Assembly (NCBI GenBank): GCA_002104905.1
Contig: MCFE01000469.1
Coordinates: forward strand, 5,756-69,755
Direction: 5' to 3'
Length of the DNA: 64,000 nucleotides
Origin: Basidiobolus meristosporus CBS 931.73
Lineage: Eukaryota > Fungi > Basidiobolomycota
Position 1 is the first letter of the stretch. Every line of letters starts with the position of its first letter. The notes below the pieces were generated by a model. The model did not search any database, was not told where the DNA came from, and saw only the letters and a program-made list of their open reading frames with translations. The position numbers and the translations under genes are program-made. Below are positions 11,682 to 25,603 of the stretch, in pieces.

Positions 11682-14391
11682 CTAAATGTTTATACTGACT
11701 AGTCCTAATTTTGACCTAAGATATTCAAACTTGTCTCTAGCTAATGGTTTGGTAAATATGTCTGCAATCATTTCATCTGTAGGACAGTAAACTTGGCTAA
11801 CTAAGCTATTTTCTATACCTGCACATATGAAAAGATGTCTAATATCTATGTGCTTGGTTCTAGCATGAAAAGTTGGATTTTTACCTAATTGTATAAATCC
11901 TTGATTATCTTGAAATAAAGTAATAGGTGTCTTTTGACATAGGCCTAAATATGTAAAAAGCTTTCTTAGCCACATTGCTTCTTTTGTAGCTTCACAGGCT
12001 GCCATATATTCTGCCTCTGTGGTAGAAAGTGCTACAGTTTGTTGCTTTCTTGAATTCCATGAAATTGCTCCTTGACAGTAAAGAAAGGTGTATCCTGTGG
12101 TGGATCTTCTGTCTTCTAAGTTTTGTCCCCAATTGGCATCAGCATATCCCACAAGATCCTGTTCTGAATCCTTATTAGTGTATCTTAAGCAGATATCAAC
12201 AGTTCCTTTTAGGTATCTAAAAACCTGCTTAACTGATGCAATATGATCATATCCATAGTTCTGATTATGTTAGCTGACAACTCCCAATGAATATGATATC
12301 TGGACATGTTCCAAGCATGATATACATCAGACTACTGATCATGGATTGATAAGGAAAGTCAGGGCTTTCAGATGGCGCTAAGCTCTCTTTATTTGGTTGA
12401 GTTTTGACCAAGTTAAGGTTTGTCTTCATTGGAGTAGCTGCCATTTTACAGTCTTCCATTTTGTACTGCTTTAATATATATCTTGAATATACTTGGATTG
12501 GCTTAGGGTAATAGGCTGGGTACTTCTGTCTATGGAGAACATAATCCCTAAGTAGCAACTGAGTTCTGCTAGATGAGACATCTTTAACTCCTTAGATAGG
12601 CTGGATTTTGTCTCTTCCAATGTTTCTAGGTTATTGGCGGCTATAATAAGGCCATCCACATATAGAGCTAATAGAACTGGATTTGCTCTATCTGGCATAT
12701 AGTATATACTATAGTCTGCATTACTACTTATGAAACTCAAAGATTCCAAATAAGAATCTATCTTGCAATTCCAGGCTCTTGGTGATTGTTTGAGACTATA
12801 TAGTGACTTTTGAAGCTTGCAGACCATATGGGGGTTATCTCGGTCAACAAACCCATCAGGCTGGCCCATATACATGTCCTCAGCAAGTTCTCCATTCAAA
12901 AATCCAGCTTTTACATCCATCTGGTGAATTTAAAACTTATATTTGGCTGCAATAGCCAATATTAATCTGATGGAATTAAACTTGGCTACTGGTGCAAAGG
13001 TCTCAGTATAGTCAAGTGCTTTTGTTTGAGAGTATCCTTTGGCCACAAGTCTTACTTTGTATCTTTCAATTGTACCTTTAGCCTTGTATTTTGTCTTGAA
13101 GACCCATCTGCACCCAATTGATTTTTGGTTGATTGGTAATTTGACTAAGTGCCAAGTTTGATTTTCCATCAAGGCCTGATATTCCTCAGTCATTGCAAAT
13201 CTCCAAAACTTTGTCTGAGGGCTATTTAGGGCCTCTTTTACAGTCTGGGGTTCATCAATATGGACTGAATAGGCATAGGTTAAGTTTGTGCGCTCATTGA
13301 TATAGTAATTTGGGCTATTTCTTGTTTGATTGGATCTCTGGGCATTTGATACTGGTATGATCACTTCTGGGATATTCCTGGGCACTGGTTCAGGCTCAAC
13401 CATGGTTGTAGAGTCCTCTGGAGTGAGAAAATTCTGATTGTTTTGCTCTGATTCAATTCTGACAATTGGTGGATTTGAGATCAGATATTTGTCATCATCT
13501 GGTATCATTTTTTGTGAAATTTTGAATTTACATCAAACAACACATCCCTGGACTTGATTAGCTTCTTTGCTTTGGTATTGTAGAGTCTGCAGGGTTCACT
13601 CTCATTGCAGTAGCCAAAAAATATGTATTTTACACTTTTTGGCTCAAATTTTGACAGATTTTCAGGCAGTTTCTTGGCATATGCTGTACGCCCAAATATT
13701 TCTAGATGTTCTGCACTTGATCTGTATCCATACCATGCTTCAAATGGAGTAGAATTACAAAGTATTCTGTTATGACTCCTATTTTTAAGATATATAGCAG
13801 TGGCAACTGATTCAGCCCAAAAATCATAGAATATTTTTTGATCATGGAGCATAGATTTTGCCATATTAATTATTAATCTGTTAGCACTTCCTGCTACTCC
13901 ATTTTGCTGTGAGGAGTTTGGTACAGTGGTCTCTTGCTTTATCCCATGAATTTTGCAGAAGTGGATGAAGAGTTTTGAGGTATATTCTCCACCATTGTCA
14001 GAGCATATTTTCTTGATTTTTTCGCCAGTTTCTCTCTCCACCATGGCCTTAAGCTCCCTGAGCTTAGACAGAGCTTCTTCCTTTCTTTCCATGAAGTAGA
14101 CCCATGTGTATCTTGTATAATCATCAATAAAAGTGATTAAATACTTTGTCCTGCCTAAGGATAAATCTTGCATAGGTCCACACAGATCTGAGTGAATTAG
14201 AGCTAATTTTTTCTTAGTATTGATTGACCAGAGCTCTTGAACAGTTGTCTGGCTTGTTTCCCATATATGCAGGCTTCACAGTGCTCCAAATTAGCTGAGG
14301 GATCAACTTTTAATCCGGAAATTAGCTGATCTTTGATCATTTTAGGCAAATATTCAAAATTGATGTGCCCAAATCTCCTGTGGCAAAGCAT
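11682..14391 (-). pseudogene. pol: Copia pol (GAG-pre-integrase, INT, RT, RNase H)
   Basis: ORFs 14203-14391, 13505-14173, 12930-13508, 12471-12920 ([16 protein letters not shown]) and 11682-12152 (GYADANW, KHIDIRH). Confidence 0.92.
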
Positions 14392-14835
14392 TGGTATTTC
14401 TTCATTTGATTTACTTGTATTGGCTTCCTAATATGAATGAATATAAGTGAACTTGTATGGATTCTGATCTCTGATACCCAAAGCAATATGGGCACCATTT
14501 TGATCTGTGATCTTGCATCCATAATTGTCAAAGCTAAAGCTGAGTCCTTCTGCAGTGGCCTTGCTTACAGATAGTAGGTTCTTGGCTATTTCTGGTACAT
14601 AAGGTACTCCTTTTGCAGTAGTTACAAAACAGGTTACTGTTGCCTTTGTAGGGTCTTGGGTATCTCCTTTGTTGGTTATCATTGCTTATTAAAGCATTTT
14701 CTTCTTCCTTCTTATTGGCACTTGATTTTCTTAATTCTTCATCCAGGAGCCTTCCATACTTGTAATTTAAGGTTAAATCTTCAGTTCTGGACTCTAGGGC
14801 TGATACAGGGCTATTTATTGTCCAGTGGAATCTCC

Positions 14836-16559
14836 TGGCATTTGATACTAAAAGATCCCTTCCAGTTTCATGCTAAGCCACAGCTGTACAGTCCTCTGGA
14901 GTAAAAAAATTCTCATTGCTTTGCTCTGATACAACCCTGACTATGAGTGGATTTGAGATCAAGTTTCTGTCATCATCTGATGTCATTGTTTGCAAATATT
15001 GGCTTTTCATCAAATAACATACCCCTGGACTTGCTCAGCATCTTTAATTTGGTAGTGTAGAATCTGTATACTTTACTGACATTACAGTAGCCCATGTTGC
15101 AATTTAAGAAGTGTTTTGGATATAAGGAATTTATCAAGCAATAGTGATAATAGTTGAACTGTTGTTTATTAATAAAGAGGCTCAGTATCTATACCTTTGT
15201 ATAGTAATACAGCTGTAACACTAAGTAAGGAGGGTTTCTCAATATTCAGGAGCATTCTGTAACAGTTTCAGGGTTAGTACATAATAGTTAGTATTGGTGC
15301 TAATTTGATCTTGACTATAAGGGAATAATCAAAAGATTATAGATCTGAAGAAAGTGGCAAAGTTAGAACTGTAAACTAGTCCCACAGTTAACAATACTAG
15401 TCCAGAATTGTTAAGTAAATTTTTAGCTGCAGAATGATACCAAATAGTTTAATATTCCAACAGACCAAAAGTATGTATTTTACACTTGTGGCTCAAATTC
15501 AACTAATAACAAGATAGTTTCTTGGCATATGTTGCACACCCAGATATTCTTTGATGTTCTGTGCTTGGTCTGTATTCATTCCCTGCTTCAAATGGAGCAG
15601 GATTACAAAGTATTCAGTTATAACTCTCATTTTTAAGGTATTTAGCTGTGGCAACTGATTCCACCCAAAAATCTTTGGATAGTTTTTGATCATGGATCAT
15701 AGATCTTGCTGTATTATTACTGATCTGTTTGATAGATATTCTTCCTTTGTGTCTGTGAAGTAAACCCACATGTTCTGTATGATCATCAATAAAAGTGATT
15801 AATACTTCATCCCACCCAAGGCTTAATATAGCTATATCTCCTTTGCTGGTTGTTATTGCTTATTAAGTCATTTTCTTCTTCCTTCTTATTGACACATTAT
15901 TTGCTTAATTCTTCATCTTAGAGCCTTCCATATATATAACTTAAGGTCAAATCCTCAGTTCTGGATTCTAGGGCTGATACAGGGCCCTGAAACCTGTCTG
16001 TCAGGCTATTCAGGATGGTACTATCATATCCTCATCAGTGGTAGGTTCACTCACATATTCTGTCTCATCTACCAGTAGGATAGTTCTGTTTATTGGCTTT
16101 CATTTCCTCTCCAGGTAACATCCTTGTAGCAAAGAATTCTAGTCTAAGATACATTCTCTTAGCAGCCAAACATGACTGATATGCATTTTTTAATGCCTTC
16201 CCAGCATTCTTTGTGGTTTTTGCGCTTGAGCCTTGAATTACAAATTTGTTTTTGTCATTAAGGCTAGTGCATTAAAAGGCACTTTGTTCTTTCTTCTGGT
16301 ACTTTAAGGCTTCCTCTCCCACATTTTTAGGAGGGCATTCCTTGCCCATAACAATATCCAACAGGCCTCTGCTTTCTAGCATCATCTTATTCTTCACCTT
16401 CTACACTTGGTAGTTAGATCCATCCAACTTTTCAGCAGAGGAAAAAATTTCTGTAATAGAAGCAGTAGTAAATACTGCAGAGAATTATGACATATGGCTC
16501 ATAACATGCTGTAAGAGTCTTGGAGATATTGGAAGTGATTGCAAGAACAAGTTGACAAT
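14836..16559 (-). mobile_element. Second, more diverged C1-type Copia remnant (LTR U5 end, PBS, gag, INT pieces)
   Basis: U5 at ~16508-16556, PBS-like TGTTATGAGCC, gag KLDGSNYQV, INT fragments; 15850-15990 repeats 14690-14835. Confidence 0.75.
15095..15462 (-). mobile_element. Solo LTR of Copia family C2 (368 bp)
   Basis: TGTTGCAA...CCAACA; flanks GCCCA/GACCA (TSD with one mismatch); collinear with 21625-21993. Confidence 0.8.
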
Positions 16560-19203
16560 CGACTTGTTCCATTGTACCAAGCCAGAGTGTGCAGCACAAT
16601 CTGAGGCCTCTAAGAATGATTATGTCTAATATTATAACTACCCGCACTTGGGTAATTTTGCACTATGTGGGACAATCTTGCACACTTTGGCACAATCTGA
16701 CACAATGAGGTTGGCATGGATGATTGCACCAACTTGTAATGTTTGCATCACATCTGCAATTGGATACTGCCATTATGGTAGGTAAAATCTGGTATTTGGA
16801 TATGTTTTTCTAATGTAAATGGATATAAATGTATGTCACACTATAAACTACACTGCTACTTATCACTTTGGTTACCATCACTCCAATTGGATGGTATATC
16901 AGCGGCTTATTGTTAAAAGTATCCCAAAGCTGTCAGCCCCCAATTGGCTCTATGACCGTTACACAAGCTACATGATTTGCCATCAAATATCCTGTTTTAC
17001 ACATTGTGCAAGTAAATCCCTGATCCTAGAGATTGGACAAGGTGTCAAAGCTAGCATGCAACCAATTGAATAGGTGCAAAACAGATCTATTGGCTGCACT
17101 GGTGTAACAGATAATGTATATATATGAGGGTGCTTATTTATAGGGGTCTCCCTCAAATTGGCCAATCTTGATATTGCTTATATCAAAAACTTGCTGATAG
17201 TCAGGTGTAATGGCATGCACAGGCTCAACTTGATGCACTGGCATGGTCCTTGGCTGAGTTTGAATTGATGCCACTTGTTAACATACCTTGGCCTGCTCCA
17301 ATGAACTTGTGCATAAATGGGCAGTTGGGGAGGTTCTGGTGGTTTTGCTCTGAAGCACACATATTGACCCAACACGTTTTGACACAATGTGGAGCACTCT
17401 TGTGAAGGGTGTTGGCATAGTTTGAACTGATATGTGCTGGCATGCTGATGTTGCAGGGGATGGTAAGGAATCCAGCAAGGTGTGCAGGTACAATCTAGAT
17501 GCTGTTGCTTGTGGTCTGTACTGTTCCTCTTAAAGCTCATCTTGTGATTCCTCAAGGTATTCACTTAAACTCTGTCTGATGCTATGGAACTGGTATCTGG
17601 ATGAGTTTTGTGTATATTGCTCTCAGAAGCCACATAGGTATACTAATATATCACATAATACATTAGTCACTGGAGGCAAAATCTCAAACAAAATCTCTTG
17701 ATGCCCAGAGTTGAGGCACAAACAGATGCATCCAGCCTGCACTGCATAAATTCTTGCAAAATTATTCCTGCATGGCTTCCTCAGCAAATCCCCTCACTCT
17801 CAGCTCATTCATGACTTCAATAGTTGTCTTGTTATTTATCATCTTATATACATCCGCTGGCATCTTGATGTAGAACTCATGCCACAGCTTTCTGCTTGGG
17901 TTCTTCCATCTCTGTTGACTCTCTGAGGTCTCCAGTTCTGTTAGAGTAATGAATAGTGTCCAAATAGCTGTATGAAGGCTGATCATCAACACTTGGGCCA
18001 TACTAACATCATTTGGTAAGAACTCAAACGGATCCAACATTGACTTCTCTGGTCCAGACTGTGCATGTGAGCTGGGGGATGGGTTTTGTCTGGGTTGTGC
18101 TAAAGATGAGCTGAAACTTAGTATAGGGACCATAGTGATGGATTTGGACCTATACAGTAGTGTATTGGCATCAACCTGGTCTTATATGAAATATATATGA
18201 AAACTAGTGTGATTGTTGAGTTTTCCATATTTTATGCATGATGCTTCATGGATTGCATTGACATGGATTGGATCCCATTAATAGTACATTTCCTATATGA
18301 TTATACACTTGTTAGTAAAGCATCAATAAAAATATCAAGTTACTGTTTGAGGATGGTCTTTGCAATATAATGATGAGATACATGGTAGTTAATGGAGATT
18401 GAATCATAATCCATGGAAAATCAGATGAATAAAGCTGATCATGCCTAATCAATTCTACTCACCTCAGCCCAATTACCTACCAGTAATAATGTGACTTACT
18501 CATCTGAATAGTCATTTCTATTTGATCCCATCACTACCACTGGATTTCCTTTTGACAGACCAGAGGAGATCTATACCCAGTACTGTGGACCATCTACCCC
18601 AATCTACTCAAGGAGATCTCTTGTTAAGCTTCTCTGCACTACAAGAACTATTGCCCCACAAGGTTACATCCTACCATCCATGGCAACAAAAGTCCTAAAA
18701 GCTTTCATTCCTAGCTGACAACAATGGAGAGCCACCTTGCTGAGGATATGAGTGACTTAGAACAAGCGTGGAATACTAGGTTCAGAAGCTCCAATAGACT
18801 TCCGTATCCCAGAGTGTTCAGCAACAGGTTCAATATAAGGAGTATTTTGGATACCTTGCCAGTCAGGATTAACAGAACTTCTAGAGGGCAGTGGCACTTT
18901 TATTTGGCAGGTACAAGGCACACTGTATGAAGTTTCAGGCACTGTCTGACTGTGAGGGTAACATCAACTGGCTTATTGGGCCATTTTCTGGAAGTAGGCA
19001 TGACAATGCACTCTGGGCAGAGAATAATCCAAAATACAGTAGAGCAGAGAAACATATGGCACACTTAGCTTATATAGGAGAGGATTGTCAAAGATTAGGA
19101 TGCATTACAGCAAAAAGGAAGCCAAGGAGTGGTGTACTTAGCAGGAAGCAGAAGCTTCACAATGAGATATTAAATCATTTCAGAGTGAGGGTAGAGTATA
19201 CCA
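16560..19203 (+). mobile_element. PHIS-type DNA transposon copy A (right end lost, ~390-bp internal deletion)
   Basis: Left TIR (C)GACTTGTTCCATTG after AAT; collinear with 45231-48270; transposase remnant ~18491-19203 (+); ORF2 remnant ~17200-18133 (-). Confidence 0.88.
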
Positions 19204-19460
19204 AGTATGCAAGTAGAGCTGTAAGTATATGGGACAAGAATATAAACCTAGTAATGCTTGCCTGCAAGGTCAAGGTGCACAAGACTATCCACCAATTGCC
19301 AATTTACTTATGGTATAAATGTAAGCCAATGATTCCAAGAGAAATCACACAACCATAACTCCCTGACAACCTGGAGGATGAGCTGAGTCAGCCTAGTATA
19401 CACCAACAATCAGGCAAGAATGTCAGGAGTCACAGGCCAAAATATCTAAAAGTGCAGAAA
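19204..19460 (+). pseudogene. G2-type Gypsy integrase C-terminal fragment
   Basis: KYASRAVSIWDKNINLVMLACKVKV matches KYANRAVSRWDDYIDQALFACRVRV of ORF 31984-32631. Confidence 0.7.
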
Positions 19461-19469
19461 AGATAAAGT

Positions 19470-21993
19470 AGATGTTTGATAAGCTCTTATTACACAACAG
19501 TTCCACTATGGTCATTATTTCCTGTTCAGTTCCCTTGATCCAAAACACTTCTTAAATTGCAACAGGTTATGAGCCTCAGGTGCTTAACCTAATTCAAAGA
19601 TGATATCTAAAAGCAAAGAAAGTAATATAAACATCATCCCTGTAAAGAGTGGTTAGATGGTACAAACCACAAACATTTGAGAATCAAGATGCAGATCCAT
19701 CTTGAGGAAAGAAAGCTTGGGAATATAGTAATATGAGTAGAAGTCAAGCCCAAAGGAACAGCAGAAGAAGTTGAACATTTTCCAGAGGACAGAGCAGCCT
19801 TTAATGCCACATGTGTCAATGTGCAGGTTTCCTTCACTGGATATATTCATGCTTCTAAAACTGCCAAAGCAGCATGGGAATCCTTAGCAAAAATCTTCAG
19901 AGTAAAGTCAGTAACATGCACACTTATCTAAGAAGAAAGCTTTTCAACATGAGGAAGATGCCAGAGGATGACAAACAATAACTCATAACCACAACAGAGA
20001 CTCTTGCAAAAGCACTTTACAGTATAAATACTGGTGTGGATGATGAAGAAAAGATAGAATGGCTTCTATACAGCCTATATGACAAGTATAAACCACTCAT
20101 ACTTTTGCTGAAAAGCAGAGAAGACAATTAGACCTTATACTATGTCAAAGGAGGACTTTTCTATGAGCAACTCAGACATAGTGATCAAGCAGAGAAAATA
20201 GAAGATAATGAATGATTCAGCTCAGAAAGGCACACAAAAAAGAAGGAAAACAATAAAACTAAGTACAGTAGAATAGTAATATTAATGAGGAGACCTTTGC
20301 TACATGAAAAGGTAGTGGAGTACAGGTCCTGGGCTGAATTTATTGCTACTAAAGTATACATCAAAAATATATGCCCAACAACAGCAATACAAGACTTCAA
20401 GTAAGATATGTCCCTGGATCTTGGTGACAGACATCCAATAACCATGAAGAAGCTTATCTTACCTAAGGTGCTAAACTTCATAGTCTGGAACAAGCAATAC
20501 AAAGTACAGATGCTACCATATAGCAACAAGCAAAGCAGGAGGAGTACCAATTTGAGATCAGGGCATAAACTTGGGAACTGGTAGATATACCAAATAGGAG
20601 AAAGCAAATAGCATGTAGCTGGGTTTACAAGATAACTATCCTGATCCTGTATGTGGACAATATAATTACAGCTACAAGTTACCAGGTGGCACCTAAACAG
20701 ACATAGTAAGACCTCTTCAGCAAGTTTTAGCTGAAAGATCTTTGAAAACCAAGCTATTCTGTTGGAATCAAAGTCAAGCATGATATACCCCAGAAAAATT
20801 GTGCTGAATCGATCCAGGTATATCAGCAACATTTTAGACACTGCAAATTGATAATTGTAGGGCTGGAGTAACTTGCATGTAAAATAGCCTGCAATTGCTC
20901 AAATATCAGCCTGTTTCATATGAAAAGAGCTTAAATAAGGATCCCAACTTTCTCTACCAGTTAATGGTTAGTAGCTTGATGTACTTCATGGTGTCTACAT
21001 GTCCAGATATTGCAGTGGCAACTGTAATGCTCAGTTGCTTCATGCCGGTTAATGGATCTGATCAAATTGCAGCAGTTGAGCAAACCATCAGATATCTGAA
21101 AGGTACTATTACTATGGTTCTGGAATACTCTAGAGCAACAAATAGGCATAGATTTAATAGCTATAATGATTAAAATTGAGGTAGAGATCAAATTGACAGA
21201 CACTCTACCACTGGGTATGTTTTTCTACATGCTGGTGCAGCAATTGCTGGGCATTGCAAGAAACAACCCACTGTGGCCCTCTCTACAACTGAAGCCAAAT
21301 AAATGGCTGCTTTTCAAGCAACCGGGGAGGCTTTATGGCTATGAAAATTATTCCTAGGTCTTAACTGAGATAAATCAATATGTATTTACAAATACAATTG
21401 TGGTTGTATTTCATTAGCTAGGAATTCTGTTAATCGTACCTGAAGTAGGCACATGGATATACAGCAACACTTTGCAAGGGAAGCTGCAGACAATGCCTTA
21501 GTAGAGTCAGTTTATTCCTTAACTGACAAAATGGCGGCAAATATACTAACAAAATCACTAGCAAGGCCGCAACTTCAGACTCTCAGCAAGCAATTAGGAG
21601 TAAGCAATTTGCCATTGAGGGGGGCACTGAAACATTGGACTATTTGGTATCTTTTAGTAGCTAGAAGATTTACTTTACTATTCTGGACTTGTCTTGGTAA
21701 CAGTAAAACTAACTTACAGCCCTAGCTTTGCCATTTTCTTTAGATATATGATTCAATTATTACTCCTTTATAGTCAAGATTGAATTAGCACTTTGACTAA
21801 ACATTATGTACTAGCCCTTGAACTGCTTCAGAATGCTCCTGAATATTGACAAAACCTCCCTACTTAATGTTAGAGTTATATTACTTCCACAAAGGTACAA
21901 ATTATAAGATTCTACATCAAAAATAACAGTTCAACTATTATTATTATTTCTGGATATATTCCTAATATCCAAAACACTTTTTAGATTGCAACA
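19470..21993 (+). mobile_element. Ty1/Copia family C2, heavily deleted and decayed
   Basis: Partial 5' LTR ending TGCAACA at 19564 plus PBS GGTTATGAGCC; gag, INT, RT and RH remnants (ORFs 20895-21173, 21453-21725); PPT GAGGGGGG; 3' LTR 21625-21993. Confidence 0.8.
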
Positions 21994-23790
21994 GCTCAAA
22001 CTTCTACTTAGTCTTGCTTCTCAGCAATACCAAGTTTCCAACTGCCAATGCTTCCACTGATATAGTCTTGTCAAATCTCTGCCTCATCTTTTCTGCACTT
22101 TAAGATATTTTGGCCTGTGCCTCTTGACAATTTTGTTCCAGTAGCTGATGTCTAACTAGCTGACTGAGTTCACCTTCTAAGACATCTCTAAGTCCTGGTT
22201 GTGTGAGATCTCCTGGAATCCTTGGCTCACACCCATTCACTGAGTAAAAATGCAATTGTTGGATAGTAGTGTGCACTCTAACCCTTCAGACAAAAAGTGC
22301 TTGGTCTAACTACTCAGCCAATCTGCTGACAGCTCCATTTGCACACTTGGTCAGCATTTTTCAAAACAATCCATTAAACCTTGGAATAACTCCATTAAAT
22401 CAAGGGTGATATGCCAAGGCTTTCAAATCTCGAATCTGCTGCATTTCCAGGTAAGCTTCCAATGTCTTTGCTGTAAGGTTTGCTTTGCTATCATACACAT
22501 TTCCTCTGGGCATCCAAACCTCATAAGGATCTGATTGTAGATGAAGCTTGTAACTTCTTGCTCACTGACTAAAGGTACAACCCCAGCAACTGGCCAATTA
22601 GTGGAATGGTCATTGCTACTAGGATTGAATTGTTGCAGTTTCCTGGCAGCTGGCAGTCTTTCAGCAAAGTCAATTCCCCATTACCTGTATGGTGTTACAC
22701 ACTCCAAGGAAAAGAGCTCAGCAATTCTCCATGGTGGGTCTAGCATGATTTAGCAATCTGGGTATGTTTCCACCAGCTTCTTAATATCTTTTTCATTTGG
22801 GGCTATAATGTTTTTGGTTTTGCAAGGTTTTAGTTTTGTTACAACATCAGCCACTGTGTTGTTTTTTCCAAGGCAGTCAACAATCTAGAAGTAATATTGT
22901 TGAATGTGTTGACTCAGTCATTTTATACTTCTAGAGAATAGCATCTGAATCGATATATACTTGAGGGTAGCATGATCCATCTTTACAGTGCACTTGACTC
23001 CTTTAGTGTATCATATCCATATCTTTAGGAAGTGTATTATGGCAAGCACATCCTTCTCATGCACTGAATGGTTTTGTTCTGCCAAGCCCAGCTTCTTGAT
23101 TTTGAAAGCAACTTGGTATTCCTTGCCCTCATGTTTTTGGCTTATTCACCATGTTCCTTCATAAACTCACATTTTGCTAGCTTGCTCTAAAGCTTGTTCT
23201 TTCTAGCTTCTTCCAAACCTTCCCAATGTACACCAAGTGGTCCTCTTCTGTCTTCCTTCATATTAATTGCACTTCAATGACTCACATTCTTGCAAGTTAC
23301 TGCCTTCAACTCATTGATAAAGTATTTAACTTGATCTAGAGGGTCTGTTCTTTCAGTTTGTCCAAGTAAACATCTATACTCAGATGTATTCCTGAGCAAT
23401 TACCATCTTTCTGCATGTCTTCTGCTTCCTTCTTAGCAGTGTCTGCGAATATCAAGGCTCAAACATATCCTGAGTTTTTATTGCAACCTCATTCAAGATA
23501 AGTATAGTAGAGCATCCCATTGTAGTGGCTCACCTGATCTTGTTATGGTATCATTGTAAAGCTGCATTGGCTGAGTAAGAAGCAGCCTAATAGAATGCTT
23601 TCTAGAGCAATTCCCTTAGCCATAAAAGCTTCTTCAATCTGGAAGTGCCAAGTTCCCAGGTTTTCATTGACTCTACTATAGTACCAGCTGGGATTTGCTG
23701 CACCACATCCTTCTATTCTTGATTCTCTGACATCTTAAGGGAGGCTTCTTCTTAATTCAGGAGAGGAGGTTTCTGGTTATTGCTGCTATA
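21994..23790 (-). mobile_element. G2 Gypsy internal remnant with several deletions
   Basis: Reverse complement aligns piecewise to G2 leader/gag, RT end, RH and INT (e.g. 22541-22753 vs 28190-28492). Confidence 0.75.
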
Positions 23791-23840
23791 CAGAAATATT
23801 CCAGATCAAAAGAATGTAAGAAGAAACAACTTTGTTTTGA

Positions 23841-24206
23841 TGTTGCAAGTCTTGGTATAAGAGTTGTAGTTCAATTGAGAGTTTGGCTAGAATCATATTC
23901 AATAAAACTTGAACAGATTTTCATTGAGGTACCAGCAGCACTTTATTTATATTTTGCCAGATCAAGTACTGACAAATTGTATTTCCTATATAGTTATGGC
24001 TGATAACTGATTTGAATGCATCACCTTCATCCAATTAGATCCTACTGAATATATCTTTTCTATCTAATAAGGATCTGTTGAATAACTTGCTGACTGGTGC
24101 TACTGAATTCATAGATAACACTCATGTACAAAGAGGCTAAACATAAAACTGAATGATCTGACTAAGTACGGATCTACCTTATGTATTCAAGTTGTAAATC
24201 ATGACA
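23841..24206 (-). repeat. Diverged G2-type LTR
   Basis: Sense TGTCATGA...CCAAGACTTGCAACA, collinear with 25178-25545. Confidence 0.7.
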
Positions 24207-24759
24207 CCTTAATTCTCCTTAACTTGTATACCAAGACTTGTCACACCAGCAGCTTGGAATTAGTAAGTCTCTTAATGATGTTATGCTATGATTGTGAAGG
24301 TGTTTTGTAGATTCTACTGCTATATAGGCAAGTAAGCTTGACTGTAATTAGATACATCTTCAATGGGATTTGAATTGTTGCTTGGACAGTTTTATTTTAT
24401 CCTACACTTACTTGAGTAGACTTGACCAGTGCATACATACATCATACATAAAAAGACTTGATTCTGTAGCAAGGTAATCATAATTCCTGCAGAAAGTCTA
24501 TCCTTGAAGCTATTGCTAGGCACTTATTCATATTTTATCTTATCAGTATAATCTCATTTTTCTTTGCCCAAATTGTTAGTATTACCCCCATAAGATGCTA
24601 TCCCTGATTAGCTATCAGCATTAGTTATCCCCAATGCTATTCAGTTTTGTGATCACCAGATATAGCTACAGTAGGCAGGTATGTGTATCAGTGGTTATGT
24701 CACATGACCTAGGTCTGTGCTACCATACCTAACATTTCAGTGCTTTATATGGAATTTTT

Positions 24760-25040
24760 TTGTCACGCAGGTTTAGTTCCCTAATCCTAGCCCTTCCAGT
24801 ATCTTCTTAGAATGTTATAAGCTTGTGATGATATCATCAAGATTTCTACTGATGGCTGAAACCTTCTAGAACCCATCCATTAGTAATCACTAGGCAAGCA
24901 GGAAAAGTTTCCCACACAGGTCAATCCCTTAACAATCAACCATCCCTTATATCAGTAACACTTTCCCCTTATTGGTTAGTATTTGATCAATGCACCTACA
25001 TACAACAGTTGCACCTCAGACCTGGAGTACCCAGGGAGCT
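24760..25040 (+). repeat. Diverged fragment related to the middle of the Ylt1-like LTR
   Basis: Patchy similarity to ~2985-3290 (CTTAGAATGTT, AAGATTTCTACTGAT, ATTAGTAATCACT). Confidence 0.5.
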
Positions 25041-25603
25041 GGAGAAGCAGTATAGGATGAAACATGCTACCAAATTGCTGTAAAAGCACTTCTGCCTATT
25101 GCCTGTATGTTGCTGGCCTGGATTTAATACATAAACTACACAATATGTATGGATATTTTGGAACTGAAGGAACCTATTGTTATGATCTGCTGCTTGAATG
25201 TTTAAGTTAGATCAGTTTTTAGTCAAATCAATTAGTATATGTTTAGGTTATCAGTATATCAGTACTATCTATCAAATCAGTAGCATTAATCAGCAAATGA
25301 ATCAGCAGATCCTTATCAAACAGAAATAGATATGTTAGGTAGGATCTTAATGGGTGATGATGATGCAATCCAATGAGTCATCAGCCACAACCTACATTAG
25401 GAAATACAATTAGTCAGCAATTGATCTGGCAAAATGTATATAAGGAGCTGCTGGAACCTCAGTAAAAATCAGTTCAAGTTTTAGTGAATACAATACTAGC
25501 TAAACTCCCTATTCCTCTACAATTCTCATACCAAGACTTGTAACATTGGTAGCAGCAATAACCAGAAACCTCCCTCCTGAAGAAAGAAGAAACCACCCTC
25601 AAG

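Larger units (their letters stand above)
11322..14835 (-). mobile_element. Ty1/Copia C1 element, 3' LTR to gag, with the protease region deleted
   Basis: 3' LTR at 11322-11670 preceded (in sense) by PPT GAGTGGGAG at 11671-11679; RH, RT and INT ORFs at 11682-14391; deletion near 14627. Confidence 0.9.

Noticed and set aside
20185-20841. 218-aa hydrophobic ORF suggesting a membrane or env-like gene
   Set aside because: It is antisense to the A-rich decayed C2 gag-pol, so the hydrophobicity is a compositional shadow. The same applies to 1023-1424, 51113-51574 and 52772-53194.
24250-24700. Possible host gene or ncRNA in the unassigned AT-rich gap
   Set aside because: No ORF of 60 aa or more, no recognisable RNA structure, and it is flanked by LTR debris; left unannotated.
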